DNA of 64,000 nucleotides from Tortispora ganteri. Its lineage: Eukaryota. Position 1 is the first letter of the stretch. Every line of letters begins with the position of its first letter. The translations under genes were made by a program, and so were the position numbers. The notes beneath the pieces are model-generated. The model had not been told where the DNA came from. It worked only from the letters and a program-made list of their open reading frames with translations, and did no database searches. The DNA is taken from contig PPNB01000020.1 of assembly GCA_003707115.1 (NCBI GenBank), positions 1 to 64,000 of the forward strand, written 5' to 3'. Below are positions 53,945 through 64,000 of the stretch, piece after piece.

Positions 53945-55624
53945 ATGCCACCAAAACTAAGAACCACCACGTCTCGAAAATCACAAGAACACATGTCAGT
54001 TAAAGAACGCCGTATAGATCACATGCCGAGAGACAACATTGAATTGGCTGAGCTGCCGATCTCAGTGAACGATGAAATGCTTCATACTGATTCATCCAGA
54101 GCTGCACACTCACTAAGTGATCTACCCCCGCAAGATTTCCGCAACTTCTGTCTATTGTGCACCTTATATCTTTTGCAAGGTATACCTGTCGGTTTAGCCT
54201 TTGGTTCTATCCCTTTCCTTCTAAAGACAAAACTTAGCTATGGCCAAGTAGGCGTATTCTCTCTGGCATCCTATCCTTACTCTTTGAAACTTCTCTGGAG
54301 TCCAATTGTCGACGCCATATACTCTCCAACTTTTGGCCGTCGAAAATCTTGGATCGTGCCAATTCAAACTATATCTTCTTTTGTGCTCCTGTACCTTGGA
54401 GGGAGAGTTGACTCGTTTCTTGAAGATGCTGAAAACTCACTAGGAATTATTACTCTGTCTTTTTTCATATTAGTTTTACTGTGTGCGACACAGGACATAG
54501 CTGTTGACGGTTGGGCTCTGACCCTCATGACTAGTCCTAATTTGTCTTACGCTTCTACTGCACAAACAATTGGTCTAAATACTGGGTACTTTTTGTCCTT
54601 CACAATATTTTTGGCTCTTAACTCCCCTGAGTTTGCCAACAAGTATTTACGCGCTCAACCGATAGATCAGGGCGTTCTCTCTCTTAATCAATACTTACGA
54701 TTCTCGGGTTGGGCTTATATGATCACTACAATCCTACTTATAATATTCAAGAAGGAGGACAGAAAATCAGCAAAAGGTGCTGAAACAGGCTGGCGGGGTA
54801 TAATATCAGTTTACAAAACTATGTGGAAAGTTGTACAGCTCCCTGCTGTTAGGTCCTTTATCGTCGTACATCTATTTGCCAAATTTGGATTTCAAGCCAA
54901 TGATGCCGTTCTGAATCTTAAGCTACTTGAAAAAGGATTATCGAAAGAAGATTTAGCTGTAATGGTACTTATAGATTTCCCGTTTGAAATCATTTTTGGA
55001 TACTACGCTGCACGCTGGTCCGTCGGTGACACTCCGTTGCAACCTTGGATGACGGCATTTATTGGCAGACTCGGTTGTGCATTTTTTGCCCAAATTCTTG
55101 TTTGGATGTTCCCGAAAGATGGTCCCTCTTTTTCGTATTTGTTGTTGGTCATTCTACAGCATATTGTCGCATCATTCATGTCGACAGTTATGTTTGTATG
55201 TATAAATGCGTTCCATGCCAAAGTCGCTGATCCGACTATCGGTGGAACATATATGACAACACTCAATACAATCTCAAATCTCGGTGGACAATGGCCTCGT
55301 ATTATTGTTCTTTATTGTGTGGATTGGTTTACGTTTGCGACGTGTCACCCCTCACAGATAGATAAACTCGCAGGCGATGATGATTATGACGATACAAATC
55401 TATTAAGGAGAGATACATTACATTTCGAGCCATTTTCGTGTGCTACAGAGCAAGGTCGTCAGGCTTGCAAAGACATGAATGGGGAATGTTATGTTCATTG
55501 GGATGGGTATTATATGACGAATGTACTCTGTATTACATTAGCGTTAGCTATATTTTTCGCTTGGATGAAGAACAAGGTAATATGGCTGCAGTCTCTTGAC
55601 TTGTCAAAGTGGAGAGTGTCTTAA
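53945..55624 (+). CDS. Acetyl-CoA transporter (SLC33A1/AT-1 family, MFS)
   Basis: LYLLQGIPVGL, YPYSLKLLWSPIVD, GRRKSWIVP, ATQDIAVDGWAL, DPTIGGTYMT.LNT.SNLGG.WP. Confidence 0.95.
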   Translation: MPPKLRTTTSRKSQEHMSVKERRIDHMPRDNIELAELPISVNDEMLHTDSSRAAHSLSDLPPQDFRNFCLLCTLYLLQGIPVGLAFGSIPFLLKTKLSYGQVGVFSLASYPYSLKLLWSPIVDAIYSPTFGRRKSWIVPIQTISSFVLLYLGGRVDSFLEDAENSLGIITLSFFILVLLCATQDIAVDGWALTLMTSPNLSYASTAQTIGLNTGYFLSFTIFLALNSPEFANKYLRAQPIDQGVLSLNQYLRFSGWAYMITTILLIIFKKEDRKSAKGAETGWRGIISVYKTMWKVVQLPAVRSFIVVHLFAKFGFQANDAVLNLKLLEKGLSKEDLAVMVLIDFPFEIIFGYYAARWSVGDTPLQPWMTAFIGRLGCAFFAQILVWMFPKDGPSFSYLLLVILQHIVASFMSTVMFVCINAFHAKVADPTIGGTYMTTLNTISNLGGQWPRIIVLYCVDWFTFATCHPSQIDKLAGDDDYDDTNLLRRDTLHFEPFSCATEQGRQACKDMNGECYVHWDGYYMTNVLCITLALAIFFAWMKNKVIWLQSLDLSKWRVS

Positions 55625-56643
55625 GATGGGGATAATTTGGAATCTTCTTTCGCAGAATCGACGTCTGCTGCTTCTCTGAAAAGCTCAAAAACAATGATAC
55701 CTACACTAGACCCTGGAATTGAAGTGAATATGGAGCGCGCAAATCCGCTATATAGCCATTTGGACGTTCCGCGGATAGAATAATCACCCAGTTTCAAGAT
55801 ATTCTTTAATGTATGATTGTATGCATGTCGGTATAGATGAATAATTGAAATCGGTTTAGTTTTAGCTGTAGCTCCAATGGCGTCGAAATCTACCAGTTCA
55901 AGTGATTTAGTGTGTATGTCTTGTATGCGAGAGAACGGGTAGTGTATAGTCTGGAGCGATACCGCAGCACATACGCCTGCCATCAGGATTGTAAGATTTT
56001 TATGAAAGGCTTGAGATGTGCGTGATGAGTCCTTATACGGGAACAAGGGGGCTGATTTTAAAGATTCAAAGACTGAAAAATAGGCGCCAAAAGCGAGTGA
56101 TTCTTTAGCTGCACTGAGCGTGAATCCCGCGAATATGCCAGACAAGCCGATCTGTTTCAGTTTCATTTGCGCGTATGTCCATAGCGGCATTTTGCCATGC
56201 AGTGCTTCTGCTACAGAGTACCTAGCTGCTACAGCATCAAACGGTGAGGCAGCAAGTGCTTGAGCAAATCCAGCAAATGCGCCTGCTTTGAAATATGTGG
56301 AAAACGTATTATACTGAGACGAAGGCAGAGCGATCAGGTAAGAAGTGTAAAGAACAAGACCGATTGCAGAGTTGGCTATAAATGGCGGCAGTACTTGCTG
56401 TACGAGGAACTGCCACCCATGTAATTTGACTGCGTTCGATATGAGACCAAAACCTGAATGCGTTGTGAAGGACCAAGGCCTTGAGATAGCGGGGCTCAGT
56501 AGGCGAGGAATTGCAAGGTAGTCAAGCCTGGTTGGTCTGAACAGTTTCGCAGGTACACGCAAGTACAATGCTAGTATATTTGAGAAAGCCCTAGCTGATG
56601 CAGATGCAGCAGATACCTGTGTCGATCTTTCATCACTGGACAT
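55621..56643 (-). CDS. Divergent mitochondrial carrier-like protein (fungal family)
   Basis: LYLRVPAKLFRP.R.DY, PPFIANS..G.VLYTSY, degenerate carrier signatures (SPFDAV, YPFSRIQ). Confidence 0.75.
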   Translation of the reverse strand: MSSDERSTQVSAASASARAFSNILALYLRVPAKLFRPTRLDYLAIPRLLSPAISRPWSFTTHSGFGLISNAVKLHGWQFLVQQVLPPFIANSAIGLVLYTSYLIALPSSQYNTFSTYFKAGAFAGFAQALAASPFDAVAARYSVAEALHGKMPLWTYAQMKLKQIGLSGIFAGFTLSAAKESLAFGAYFSVFESLKSAPLFPYKDSSRTSQAFHKNLTILMAGVCAAVSLQTIHYPFSRIQDIHTKSLELVDFDAIGATAKTKPISIIHLYRHAYNHTLKNILKLGDYSIRGTSKWLYSGFARSIFTSIPGSSVGIIVFELFREAADVDSAKEDSKLSPS

Positions 56644-56764
56644 GTAAATTACAGGAGGAAAAGTAGAATTGGGGTAAAGTGGGGGCTAAGCAGACTAGGT
56701 GTATAGCAGAATGTTGCAACTACATTTTATTCAAAAAAGTTCATTTATATTATTCGTACGACAT

Positions 56765-57319
56765 CTACATGATGGCGAGTCCGAAAGAGGAGACGACAGC
56801 AAGACCAAGAACAGTGTAGGCAGTTCTGTAAACACCAGGAAGAGTCAGTTCCTTGGCGAAATCCCAGACAAGGTGGCGGATTCCATTGAATGAATGGAAA
56901 GTCAATGGTAAACTAATTAAGAACTTGCCTAAAAATTTAACGGCAACAGGCAGAGAAGCAATAAGAGAGGAAAGACTAGCAGAATCAACGGTCAATCCAA
57001 TAGCCGGGCCGACGGCGGCACCAATAAGGTATAAGTAGAAGCCAGCACCAAGGGCAACGCCAGTTATGCGATGGGCGCCAGACAAGACCCAAGTAACTTG
57101 CGGTTGGTAGATAGCAAGATCGGGCGAAATAGGACGATTTAAGCGTTGTTTTGCTAAGAGTTCACCAGCTGCAGGCGGAGTCGTAGATTGTGTCTCGAAC
57201 TTGCGTGCAGCCCCAGTGGAAAAAGCGCTAACAGCACTGGCTGTAAATGTACGTGAAATAGTAGAAGCGCCTAAAACGCTGATTTTAGGTCTTAATAAGA
57301 GAGGTCGCAATACTGACAT
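56765..57319 (-). CDS. SDH3: Succinate dehydrogenase cytochrome b560 subunit
   Basis: QRLNRPISP.L.IYQPQ.TW.LS..HRITG, FHSFNGIRHLVWD; ATG at 57319. Confidence 0.95.
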   Translation of the reverse strand: MSVLRPLLLRPKISVLGASTISRTFTASAVSAFSTGAARKFETQSTTPPAAGELLAKQRLNRPISPDLAIYQPQVTWVLSGAHRITGVALGAGFYLYLIGAAVGPAIGLTVDSASLSSLIASLPVAVKFLGKFLISLPLTFHSFNGIRHLVWDFAKELTLPGVYRTAYTVLGLAVVSSFGLAIM

Positions 57320-57551
57320 TGTAGTATAAGTTGAATCGGAATCAAATCTCTCGTTCGGATGGGTGTGGAGATTCAAGCTAAAGTTATAGGGCTACTATGA
57401 TTGGACGACAAAGTACTGTCGTTACCATTCTAGTACACAAACTACGCTGACGAAACTTCTCCGCACTTTGTAGTGCATGAAAGGTTTCATAAGCTCATTT
57501 ATATATAATCAAAATAGATATAAAAATAGAGAGTAGAGTTCATAAATGTGA

Positions 57552-58217
57552 TCATCTTCTCGGATTTAGTTCAAATCCTAGAAAGTTTGTCGAGCTAGCA
57601 GCACGCGATCTCTTCTCAGCGGGTTTAACAATGAATATTCTTGAGCCGCCTTTAGGATCAACGACTAAATAGCGATAATCAAACGATCCAGATTCATCCT
57701 TAACCATTTCGAGTTGAGCCAGCCCCATACCTGAAGGACCTTGAATATGAAACCTCATGAATAAATGATCTTTGCCATCTTTGTCTTTCACTCTTTGTGA
57801 ATGAATCGGACGATCGTGAACCCAAGCACCACCAGGGTTTTCACCGTATGCTTTCATAGGGCTTCCAAATACTCTCTGACATTCAGGGTCTTGTTCGACT
57901 TTTTTAACTGCTTTGTTGAACAACATAGGATCTGCTGACGGTGAAAAGATCTCTGTCACAATGTAATATATAGTCATTCCCGACATTCCGAGACCCACAA
58001 CTACTAAGCTACCATACATAGTAAACGTCAATACTTTACGTCCAGTTAGAATCGCCTTTCGGAACCCGGAATTATCTTTTTTCTCATTGTTCTTTGCTTC
58101 ATGCGCCGTGGTCGTATGTGTAGCGTAGAATCGACTTCTCTCAACGAGACCTATTCTTCGGAAAACATTAACCTTCGCATTAACTCCTTTAACGTTCCTC
58201 AATGCAGACCTTAACAT
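57552..58217 (-). CDS. TIM21: Mitochondrial import inner membrane translocase subunit Tim21
   Basis: Presequence, single TM, EIFSPS...LFN.A, G.PMKAYGE, HLFMRFHIQG, YRYLVVD. Confidence 0.9.
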   Translation of the reverse strand: MLRSALRNVKGVNAKVNVFRRIGLVERSRFYATHTTTAHEAKNNEKKDNSGFRKAILTGRKVLTFTMYGSLVVVGLGMSGMTIYYIVTEIFSPSADPMLFNKAVKKVEQDPECQRVFGSPMKAYGENPGGAWVHDRPIHSQRVKDKDGKDHLFMRFHIQGPSGMGLAQLEMVKDESGSFDYRYLVVDPKGGSRIFIVKPAEKRSRAASSTNFLGFELNPRR

Positions 58218-58661
58218 CACGGATCCTTACAATGCGATACAAATGTGCAAACCGTGCTTGTGTGGTCAAATGCAACGCAGTTTCTTTTTTCACCTAGTTC
58301 CCTGTAAAGCTCCTCCGTTCCACCCCAGATATCTAAGAGTAATGATACCATAGCAACATATACTTCTAGTTACCTCCTACCCTTTATTTGACCCACTTAG
58401 CGCCAAACTATACACCTCATACACCCCTGTTGGTTCGACTACCCTTTTACTATTTCTTTGCCCTTAACATCTTCATCAACACGTGTGAAAACTGAATACT
58501 TATTTCATTTGCAGTTGTGTGGATTGTTTTCTAGTTCTTTTTTTAAATATACGTCTTTATTTGAAACTGGACAGAATCGACTCGTCTCTCTTCTCATTTT
58601 TTGTTTTAGTTTTACTTACATCTTCGACATAATAGTCTTCCCTCGTCCTAAGCCATTCTAG

Positions 58662-60068
58662 ATGTCTGATCTTGCACCGAAGGAAGAAACACAGGCTCTT
58701 TTTAAGGTGCTTAAATCTCAACCCGCGAACAATATATGCTTTGACTGTGGAGCGCGTAACCCTCCATGGGCCTCTATCACGTTTGCTGTTTATGTCTGCC
58801 TGGATTGCTCGGCTAAGCATCGAAATCTCGGAGTCCATGTCACCTTCATTCGTAGCACAACACTTGATCAGTGGACTCGTAACCAACTGCGTCGCATGAA
58901 AGTAGGCGGAAACGAAAACGCTAAAAACTACTTTGTTAAACACGGTGGTGTTACACTTTTAGACACCCCGGATATCAAAGTCAAGTACACTAGTCCGATC
59001 GCTGTTGAATATTCCGAAGAAATAGAACATCGCGCTGATAATGATAGAAAATCTTTCCCCGGACCAGTTATTGCCGGTGATATTGCCGATGACTCAAGCG
59101 AGTCTCAGTCCGAAAAGGACAAAGATTCAGATTTCTTCTCCGGATGGGATAAACCTCTTGTGCGTTCAAGTAATAGCCCTGTTCTTACTCCACTTTCTGC
59201 GTCAAGAACTGCGTCTCCTGCTCCTCAAACTGTATCTACTCCTGCTCCTACTGTCACAGTGAAGAAGGGCTCTTCCCTTGGCGCCTCTTCTCAGACTGCT
59301 AGAAAGTCTGGCCGCTCTATCCTCTCATCGAAAAAGAAACCTGCTGCCAAGAAGATTGGAGGGGATTCTAAAGCTCTTGATATAGACTTTGACGAGTTAG
59401 AGAAGATCGCGAAAGAAGAGGCTGAACAAGCGAAAGCTCTAGGTTACAATCCTAATGCGAAAGACTCTGATACAGGTTTCGAAGATTCTAGTTCAGCCGC
59501 TGTCTCTTCGATACCGCTTCACCGCAAGTCTTCTGTGGAAAGCTCATTGACGAACGACATGTCGAACCTGGGGCTCAGCTCCTCGGAAACCAAATTTGCA
59601 GAACCGGTGATTCCAAAGCTTGGATTCGGTGCTGTTAGAGCCAAAAAGCCGGCTTCCCAACCTAACCAGGCTAGTGCTACACAGCCGACTCAAACCATCT
59701 CTAAATCACCTTCTTACTCTTCCGAAGCTCCAGTATCCAACTCTAGATTTGGATCCCAAAAGGGTATCTCGTCCGATGAGTTTTTTGGTCGCAATGAGTT
59801 TGCACCAGAAGTTCAGGCGGAGGCCAGGACACGTTTGAGAGAGTTTGATGGTTCTCAAGCTATTTCTTCTAGTCAGTATTTCGGTGAGGAAGAGGAAGAT
59901 GAACTGGAACCTGCGCTGGACGATTTTGGTAATTTACAGCGCTCTGCTCGGGATATAGCAAGTAAATTTGTGGGTACGGCGGCCGAAGACTTAGATAGTT
60001 TGAAAGACATAGTCGATGTCGGAAAAGCTCGATTCCAAGATATGGTACGAAACTATTTACGGCAGTGA
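58662..60068 (+). CDS. GLO3: ADP-ribosylation factor GTPase-activating protein, Glo3/ArfGAP2-3 type
   Basis: CFDC.A.NP.W, CLDCSA.HRNLGVH.TF.RST.LD.W; Glo3 motifs [10 protein letters not shown] and AISSSQYFG. Confidence 0.94.
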   Translation: MSDLAPKEETQALFKVLKSQPANNICFDCGARNPPWASITFAVYVCLDCSAKHRNLGVHVTFIRSTTLDQWTRNQLRRMKVGGNENAKNYFVKHGGVTLLDTPDIKVKYTSPIAVEYSEEIEHRADNDRKSFPGPVIAGDIADDSSESQSEKDKDSDFFSGWDKPLVRSSNSPVLTPLSASRTASPAPQTVSTPAPTVTVKKGSSLGASSQTARKSGRSILSSKKKPAAKKIGGDSKALDIDFDELEKIAKEEAEQAKALGYNPNAKDSDTGFEDSSSAAVSSIPLHRKSSVESSLTNDMSNLGLSSSETKFAEPVIPKLGFGAVRAKKPASQPNQASATQPTQTISKSPSYSSEAPVSNSRFGSQKGISSDEFFGRNEFAPEVQAEARTRLREFDGSQAISSSQYFGEEEEDELEPALDDFGNLQRSARDIASKFVGTAAEDLDSLKDIVDVGKARFQDMVRNYLRQ

Positions 60069-60196
60069 ACGGAATTCTATAAATACGAACATAAAAGTAG
60101 AAAATTTTCAGAAATATTGGCATGTTAGAATTTTTATGCAAGTTAGTTAGGAAAGTAACGTTAGAAAGAAGCACGGTAAAATATGCATTACGGCAT

Positions 60197-61453
60197 TCAT
60201 ACTACGTTTCTCTCAGCATCTTGGCTGTAAGAAGATCTTTCAGGTCTTATCCATGTACCATCGCTATATACAACAGCTCCTGCTTTCATTAGTGCTAGGG
60301 TTAAATCATCAAGTAAGTCATTAGGATTTTCTATTCCCACGCACAGACGGATGAGGTCTTCAGGTAAAGCTCTTGCTTTGCGAGTTTCGGGATCAATTGA
60401 AGCATGCGACATTTTACAGGGCATAGAAATCAAAGAGTTTACGCATCCAAAAGAAACGGAGATACCCCATAGTCTTGTTTGTTCAATAATACGTTCTGAG
60501 AGTTCAACTGAACCGGTTTCGAAGCTAAGGACAGCACCTGCACCTCTAGCTTGGGAATGGTGTAAATCATATTGTGGATGAGATTTGAGTCCTGGGTAAT
60601 TGACAGAAAACCCGTAGGATTCCAGCATTTCGGCAACGAGTTGAGAATTGCGCTGTTGCTTTTCAATGCGAACTGCAAGAGTCTTCACACCTCGCATCAA
60701 TAGCCAACAGTCGAAAGGGGCTAGGCCGCAACCTGTGGAGTTAATATAGAAATATAGTTGTTCAGCGAGCTTGGTGTCGTTAACTGCTATAATGCCAGCC
60801 ATAAGGTCATGGTGACCAGATAAATACTTGGTGGCACTCTCATAAACTATATCTGCACCTAGATCCAAAGGATTCTGAAACATCGGTGACATCATTGTAT
60901 TATCCACAACAACTACACAGTTAGAATTCGCGGCATGTGCGGCATCCGAAATATCCTTGAGTGGAGCTATCTTAATAAGAGGATTGGTCGGACTCTCAAG
61001 TAAAATCATAGCAGTTTTATTGGTAAGAACGGATCTGACTGTATCAACATTTGTGGTGTCCACATGGTGAACCACTACGTTATTAGTTGTGCGTAGATAG
61101 TTAAGCAGCCGATTAGATCCGCCGTATAAGTCATCCCCAGTTACGACGTGATCGCCCGGTTTAAGCATGCGGGTAATGATGTCCAGAGATCCCATGCCAC
61201 TCGTAACGGCTAATGCTCTTGATGCGTTCATAATTTTAGCCATGTGCCTTTCCAAATATGTTCTCGTAGGATTTCCGCTCCTTGTATAATCATATTCGCC
61301 CATTCCTTTGAATGTGGCAGTCTGGTACAATGGGGCGCTCGAAGCGGAATATTGATCATTGTTCTCAGCACTCACTACTTCAGTGTCTAACGCGTATCGC
61401 TTTTCATTCCTCGGAGATGTGGGTGCCGGTGACGGAGGAAATCTTTCTGCCAT
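60197..61453 (-). CDS. STR3: Cystathionine beta-lyase
   Basis: YDYTRSGNPTR, LESPTNP, VDNTMMSP, YESATKYLSGHHD (PLP Lys), SVSFGCVNSLISMPC.MSHAS; ATG at 61453. Confidence 0.92.
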   Translation of the reverse strand: MAERFPPSPAPTSPRNEKRYALDTEVVSAENNDQYSASSAPLYQTATFKGMGEYDYTRSGNPTRTYLERHMAKIMNASRALAVTSGMGSLDIITRMLKPGDHVVTGDDLYGGSNRLLNYLRTTNNVVVHHVDTTNVDTVRSVLTNKTAMILLESPTNPLIKIAPLKDISDAAHAANSNCVVVVDNTMMSPMFQNPLDLGADIVYESATKYLSGHHDLMAGIIAVNDTKLAEQLYFYINSTGCGLAPFDCWLLMRGVKTLAVRIEKQQRNSQLVAEMLESYGFSVNYPGLKSHPQYDLHHSQARGAGAVLSFETGSVELSERIIEQTRLWGISVSFGCVNSLISMPCKMSHASIDPETRKARALPEDLIRLCVGIENPNDLLDDLTLALMKAGAVVYSDGTWIRPERSSYSQDAERNVV

Positions 61454-61699
61454 GTTAAGTAACAAAAACAACGACTACAAACAACCGAAATGTAAGGGAA
61501 ATTTGTCGAAGATGACGCTAAATTAGGGACACGAACTTAGTATATGGGAAAAAGTACTACTTCCCAATGGCGCAATTGCAACATCAGTACCCATAGCAAC
61601 TTGGAAGTAGCCATTACTATTTCTGGTCAGTATTGGTACATGTTTATTTTTCTTCCCAAAGTAGCTATACGTACACACTTAACTTCCACCATAATACAA

Positions 61700-64000
61700 A
61701 TGTCTTCATCGCCTTCCAGAGGCCGTATAGGCCCTAGAGATGCCCCTCCGGGCTATTCCCGTGATAGACTGTTTGCGCAAACTAGACGCCTGTCTACATC
61801 ACCAGTCAGATTGAACTCTTCCCCGTCACCTGTCCGCCAACACTCTCCGCAGCATCTTGATAGACCTACCTTTTCCCCCTCCACAAACGCATTCCTAGAC
61901 TCAGATATAGGTCTAGGTATTAGATCTGAACCTTTTGAAGAAGATTCTGTTGAGTATGTGTCGCCGAATCTGCCACCACATACTCATGAAGCTGACCTAC
62001 ACCTCGGATCGCATCTTCCAGCAGCACGTACTTTCGACCATCACGACTATTCACCGGTTTTAGACGCTGGAAGCTTTGATGACGCAAAATCGAAATATGC
62101 TGCTTCTTCAGTTTTATCTGCAGAATCTGCACCGTCGCTCTATCGCTTGTATACCACAGAATCAGACGATTTAGACGGATTGCCTGCCTCAGATCATGTG
62201 AGACGTAATCGAAACTATGCCCGCAAGCAGGTCAAACTCACTCATGGAAATTTAGTTTTGAACTGCCCGGTTCCTAGCAAACTTCTTAGTTTTTTGCCGC
62301 GAAGAGACAGCGAAGAATTTCGTTCCATGCGATACACTGCTGTCACTTGCGATGCGAACGACTTCAATGCTGCCGGATTCACTTTGAGACCTTCTGAATG
62401 TGGAAGAGAGATCGAGATAGCAGTGTGTATCACTTTATACAATGAAGACTACATATCTCTTTCACGAACGCTTTATGCGGTAATGAAAAATGTTGCGCAC
62501 CTTTGTTCGAGAAATCGATCTAGAATTTGGGGCCCGGACGGCTGGAAGAAAGTGGCCGTAGTTATTATTGCCGACGGTAGGAAGCTTGTTAATCCTAGAG
62601 TGCTTGACATACTTGCAGCAATGGGAGTATACCAAGATGGTGTAGCCAAAAGCTTTGTGAATGGCAAAGCTGTGCAAGCGCACATCTATGAATATACTAC
62701 TCAGGTGTCAATTGATTCTGATCTTAAATTCAGAGGTCCAGAAAAAGGAATTGTACCTGTTCAAACCATGCTTTGCATAAAAGAACATAACCTCAAGAAA
62801 ATAAACTCTCATCGATGGTTTTTCCGAGCTTTTTGCGGTAATATTCAACCTAATGTTTGCATTATGATAGACGTCGGAACAGTGCCTAGTATCTCTTCCC
62901 TATATCATCTATGGAAAGCCTTCGACAGAGATTCTAATGTTGGAGGTGCCTGCGGCGAGATTTTGGCTATGAAAGGTAAAGGGTGGAAATATCTTTTAAA
63001 TCCTCTAGTGGCGTCGCAAAATTTTGAGTATAAGATTTCTAATATTTTGGACAAACCAATGGAAAGCGCTTTTGGATATATCACAGTCCTTCCTGGAGCA
63101 CTTTCAGCTTATCGTTACATTGCGCTGCAGAGTGAAGATGGCATTGAAGGGCCTTTGGATAAATATTTTCGCGGAGAAGTGAGTCATTCCGATATGTGCA
63201 ACGTTTTTAACGCCAATATGTATTTAGCTGAAGACCGCATTCTTTGCTGGGAATTAGTCGCTAGAACTAATGCAAGATGGGTCTTAAAGTATGTACGCGC
63301 TGCCACAGGAGAAACGGATGTGCCTTATTCAGTAACTGAGTTTGTGAGTCAACGAAGACGATGGCTGAACGGCTCATTTTTTGCTGCTCTCTATGCTCAG
63401 ATCTCTGCTAGGCGATTATGGAGCACTGACCATTCAATGGGTAGAAAAATTATGCTCCAATTTGAGTTCATTTATCAATTTTTCAATTTGCTCTTCAGCT
63501 TTTTCAGCATTGGTAACTTTTACTTATCTTTTTATTTCATTGCTGGTGCCTTTGCGTCATCTGATAACTCTGTTCTTGGGGCATCAATGACCGGTAAAGT
63601 ATTTTTCTATATCTTCCAGGTCCTTATTATTCTTCTTCTGGCTTGGCAGTTTATAATTTCTCTAGGGAATAGACCTCAAGGTGCTAAGTGGCTATTTCTA
63701 GCTAGTATGATTGCGTTCAGTGTTATAATGGCGTATACAACTGGCTGTGCCCTTTATTATGTTGTGAAATCCCTTATGTCAATCAAGGATGGAGAATCTA
63801 TAATTGGAAATAATGCATTCACTAACATCATTTTGTCAATGTTGGCTACTTTTGGTATATATGGGGCCATGTCTATTCTTTACTTGGACCCATGGCATAT
63901 GCTTTCTTCCATTCTTCAGTACTATTTATTACTTCCAAGCTACATTTGTGTGCTACAAGTCTTTGCATTTTGCAATACTCATGATATATCGTGGGGTACG
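61700..64000 (+). CDS. CHS2: Chitin synthase, division 1 (probably class II), 3'-truncated by the window end
   Basis: Missing from the ORF track because there is no stop in the window. ATG 61700 is in frame with [66 protein letters not shown] (63350) and NTHDISWGT. The N-terminus has SPxR sites. Class II versus class I is uncertain. Confidence 0.9.
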   Translation, partial: MSSSPSRGRIGPRDAPPGYSRDRLFAQTRRLSTSPVRLNSSPSPVRQHSPQHLDRPTFSPSTNAFLDSDIGLGIRSEPFEEDSVEYVSPNLPPHTHEADLHLGSHLPAARTFDHHDYSPVLDAGSFDDAKSKYAASSVLSAESAPSLYRLYTTESDDLDGLPASDHVRRNRNYARKQVKLTHGNLVLNCPVPSKLLSFLPRRDSEEFRSMRYTAVTCDANDFNAAGFTLRPSECGREIEIAVCITLYNEDYISLSRTLYAVMKNVAHLCSRNRSRIWGPDGWKKVAVVIIADGRKLVNPRVLDILAAMGVYQDGVAKSFVNGKAVQAHIYEYTTQVSIDSDLKFRGPEKGIVPVQTMLCIKEHNLKKINSHRWFFRAFCGNIQPNVCIMIDVGTVPSISSLYHLWKAFDRDSNVGGACGEILAMKGKGWKYLLNPLVASQNFEYKISNILDKPMESAFGYITVLPGALSAYRYIALQSEDGIEGPLDKYFRGEVSHSDMCNVFNANMYLAEDRILCWELVARTNARWVLKYVRAATGETDVPYSVTEFVSQRRRWLNGSFFAALYAQISARRLWSTDHSMGRKIMLQFEFIYQFFNLLFSFFSIGNFYLSFYFIAGAFASSDNSVLGASMTGKVFFYIFQVLIILLLAWQFIISLGNRPQGAKWLFLASMIAFSVIMAYTTGCALYYVVKSLMSIKDGESIIGNNAFTNIILSMLATFGIYGAMSILYLDPWHMLSSILQYYLLLPSYICVLQVFAFCNTHDISWGT

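Noticed and set aside
1..64000. Mobile elements, CRISPR arrays, tRNA/rRNA genes, alternative CUG code, biosynthetic gene cluster
   Set aside because: I saw no transposase/RT/LTR, spaced repeats or tRNA cloverleaf. CTG occurs at invariant Leu positions (RYLISSN, ATALS, RRWLNG), and the genes are functionally unrelated housekeeping loci.

Overview
Eukaryotic nuclear DNA from a compact, intron-poor ascomycete yeast. It is most consistent with an early-diverging Saccharomycotina lineage. The code is standard (CTG at invariant Leu positions in the Ca-ATPase and chitin synthase), the two introns found are both 59 nt (GTATGT/GTAAGT donor, GCTAAC branch), and complex I subunits, BCKDH E1-beta and a SERCA-type pump are retained. 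The window holds about 38 protein-coding genes, mostly housekeeping (TMA22, ORT1, LAP3, SIR2, FOL2, PUP3, UBX4, RPL36, STT4, ADE8, PRP39, ALG8, GDB1, LEU3, TBF1, VPS24, SDH3, TIM21, GLO3, STR3, and a chitin synthase running off the right end). It also holds a U4 snRNA gene, a truncated NAP1 remnant and several proteins I cannot assign. I saw no transposon, tRNA, rRNA or CRISPR. The most notable signals are: (1) seven same-strand, roughly helically phased TAGGG-like motifs just upstream of TBF1 itself, suggesting autoregulation; (2) a predicted secreted, Kex2-processable protein with a ~240-aa histidine-repeat domain; (3) a 1.23-kb non-coding stretch with no + strand ATG but about 26 on the other strand, suggesting a very long selected 5' leader with one uORF. 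Gene identities come from recognising motifs by eye; no database search was run.
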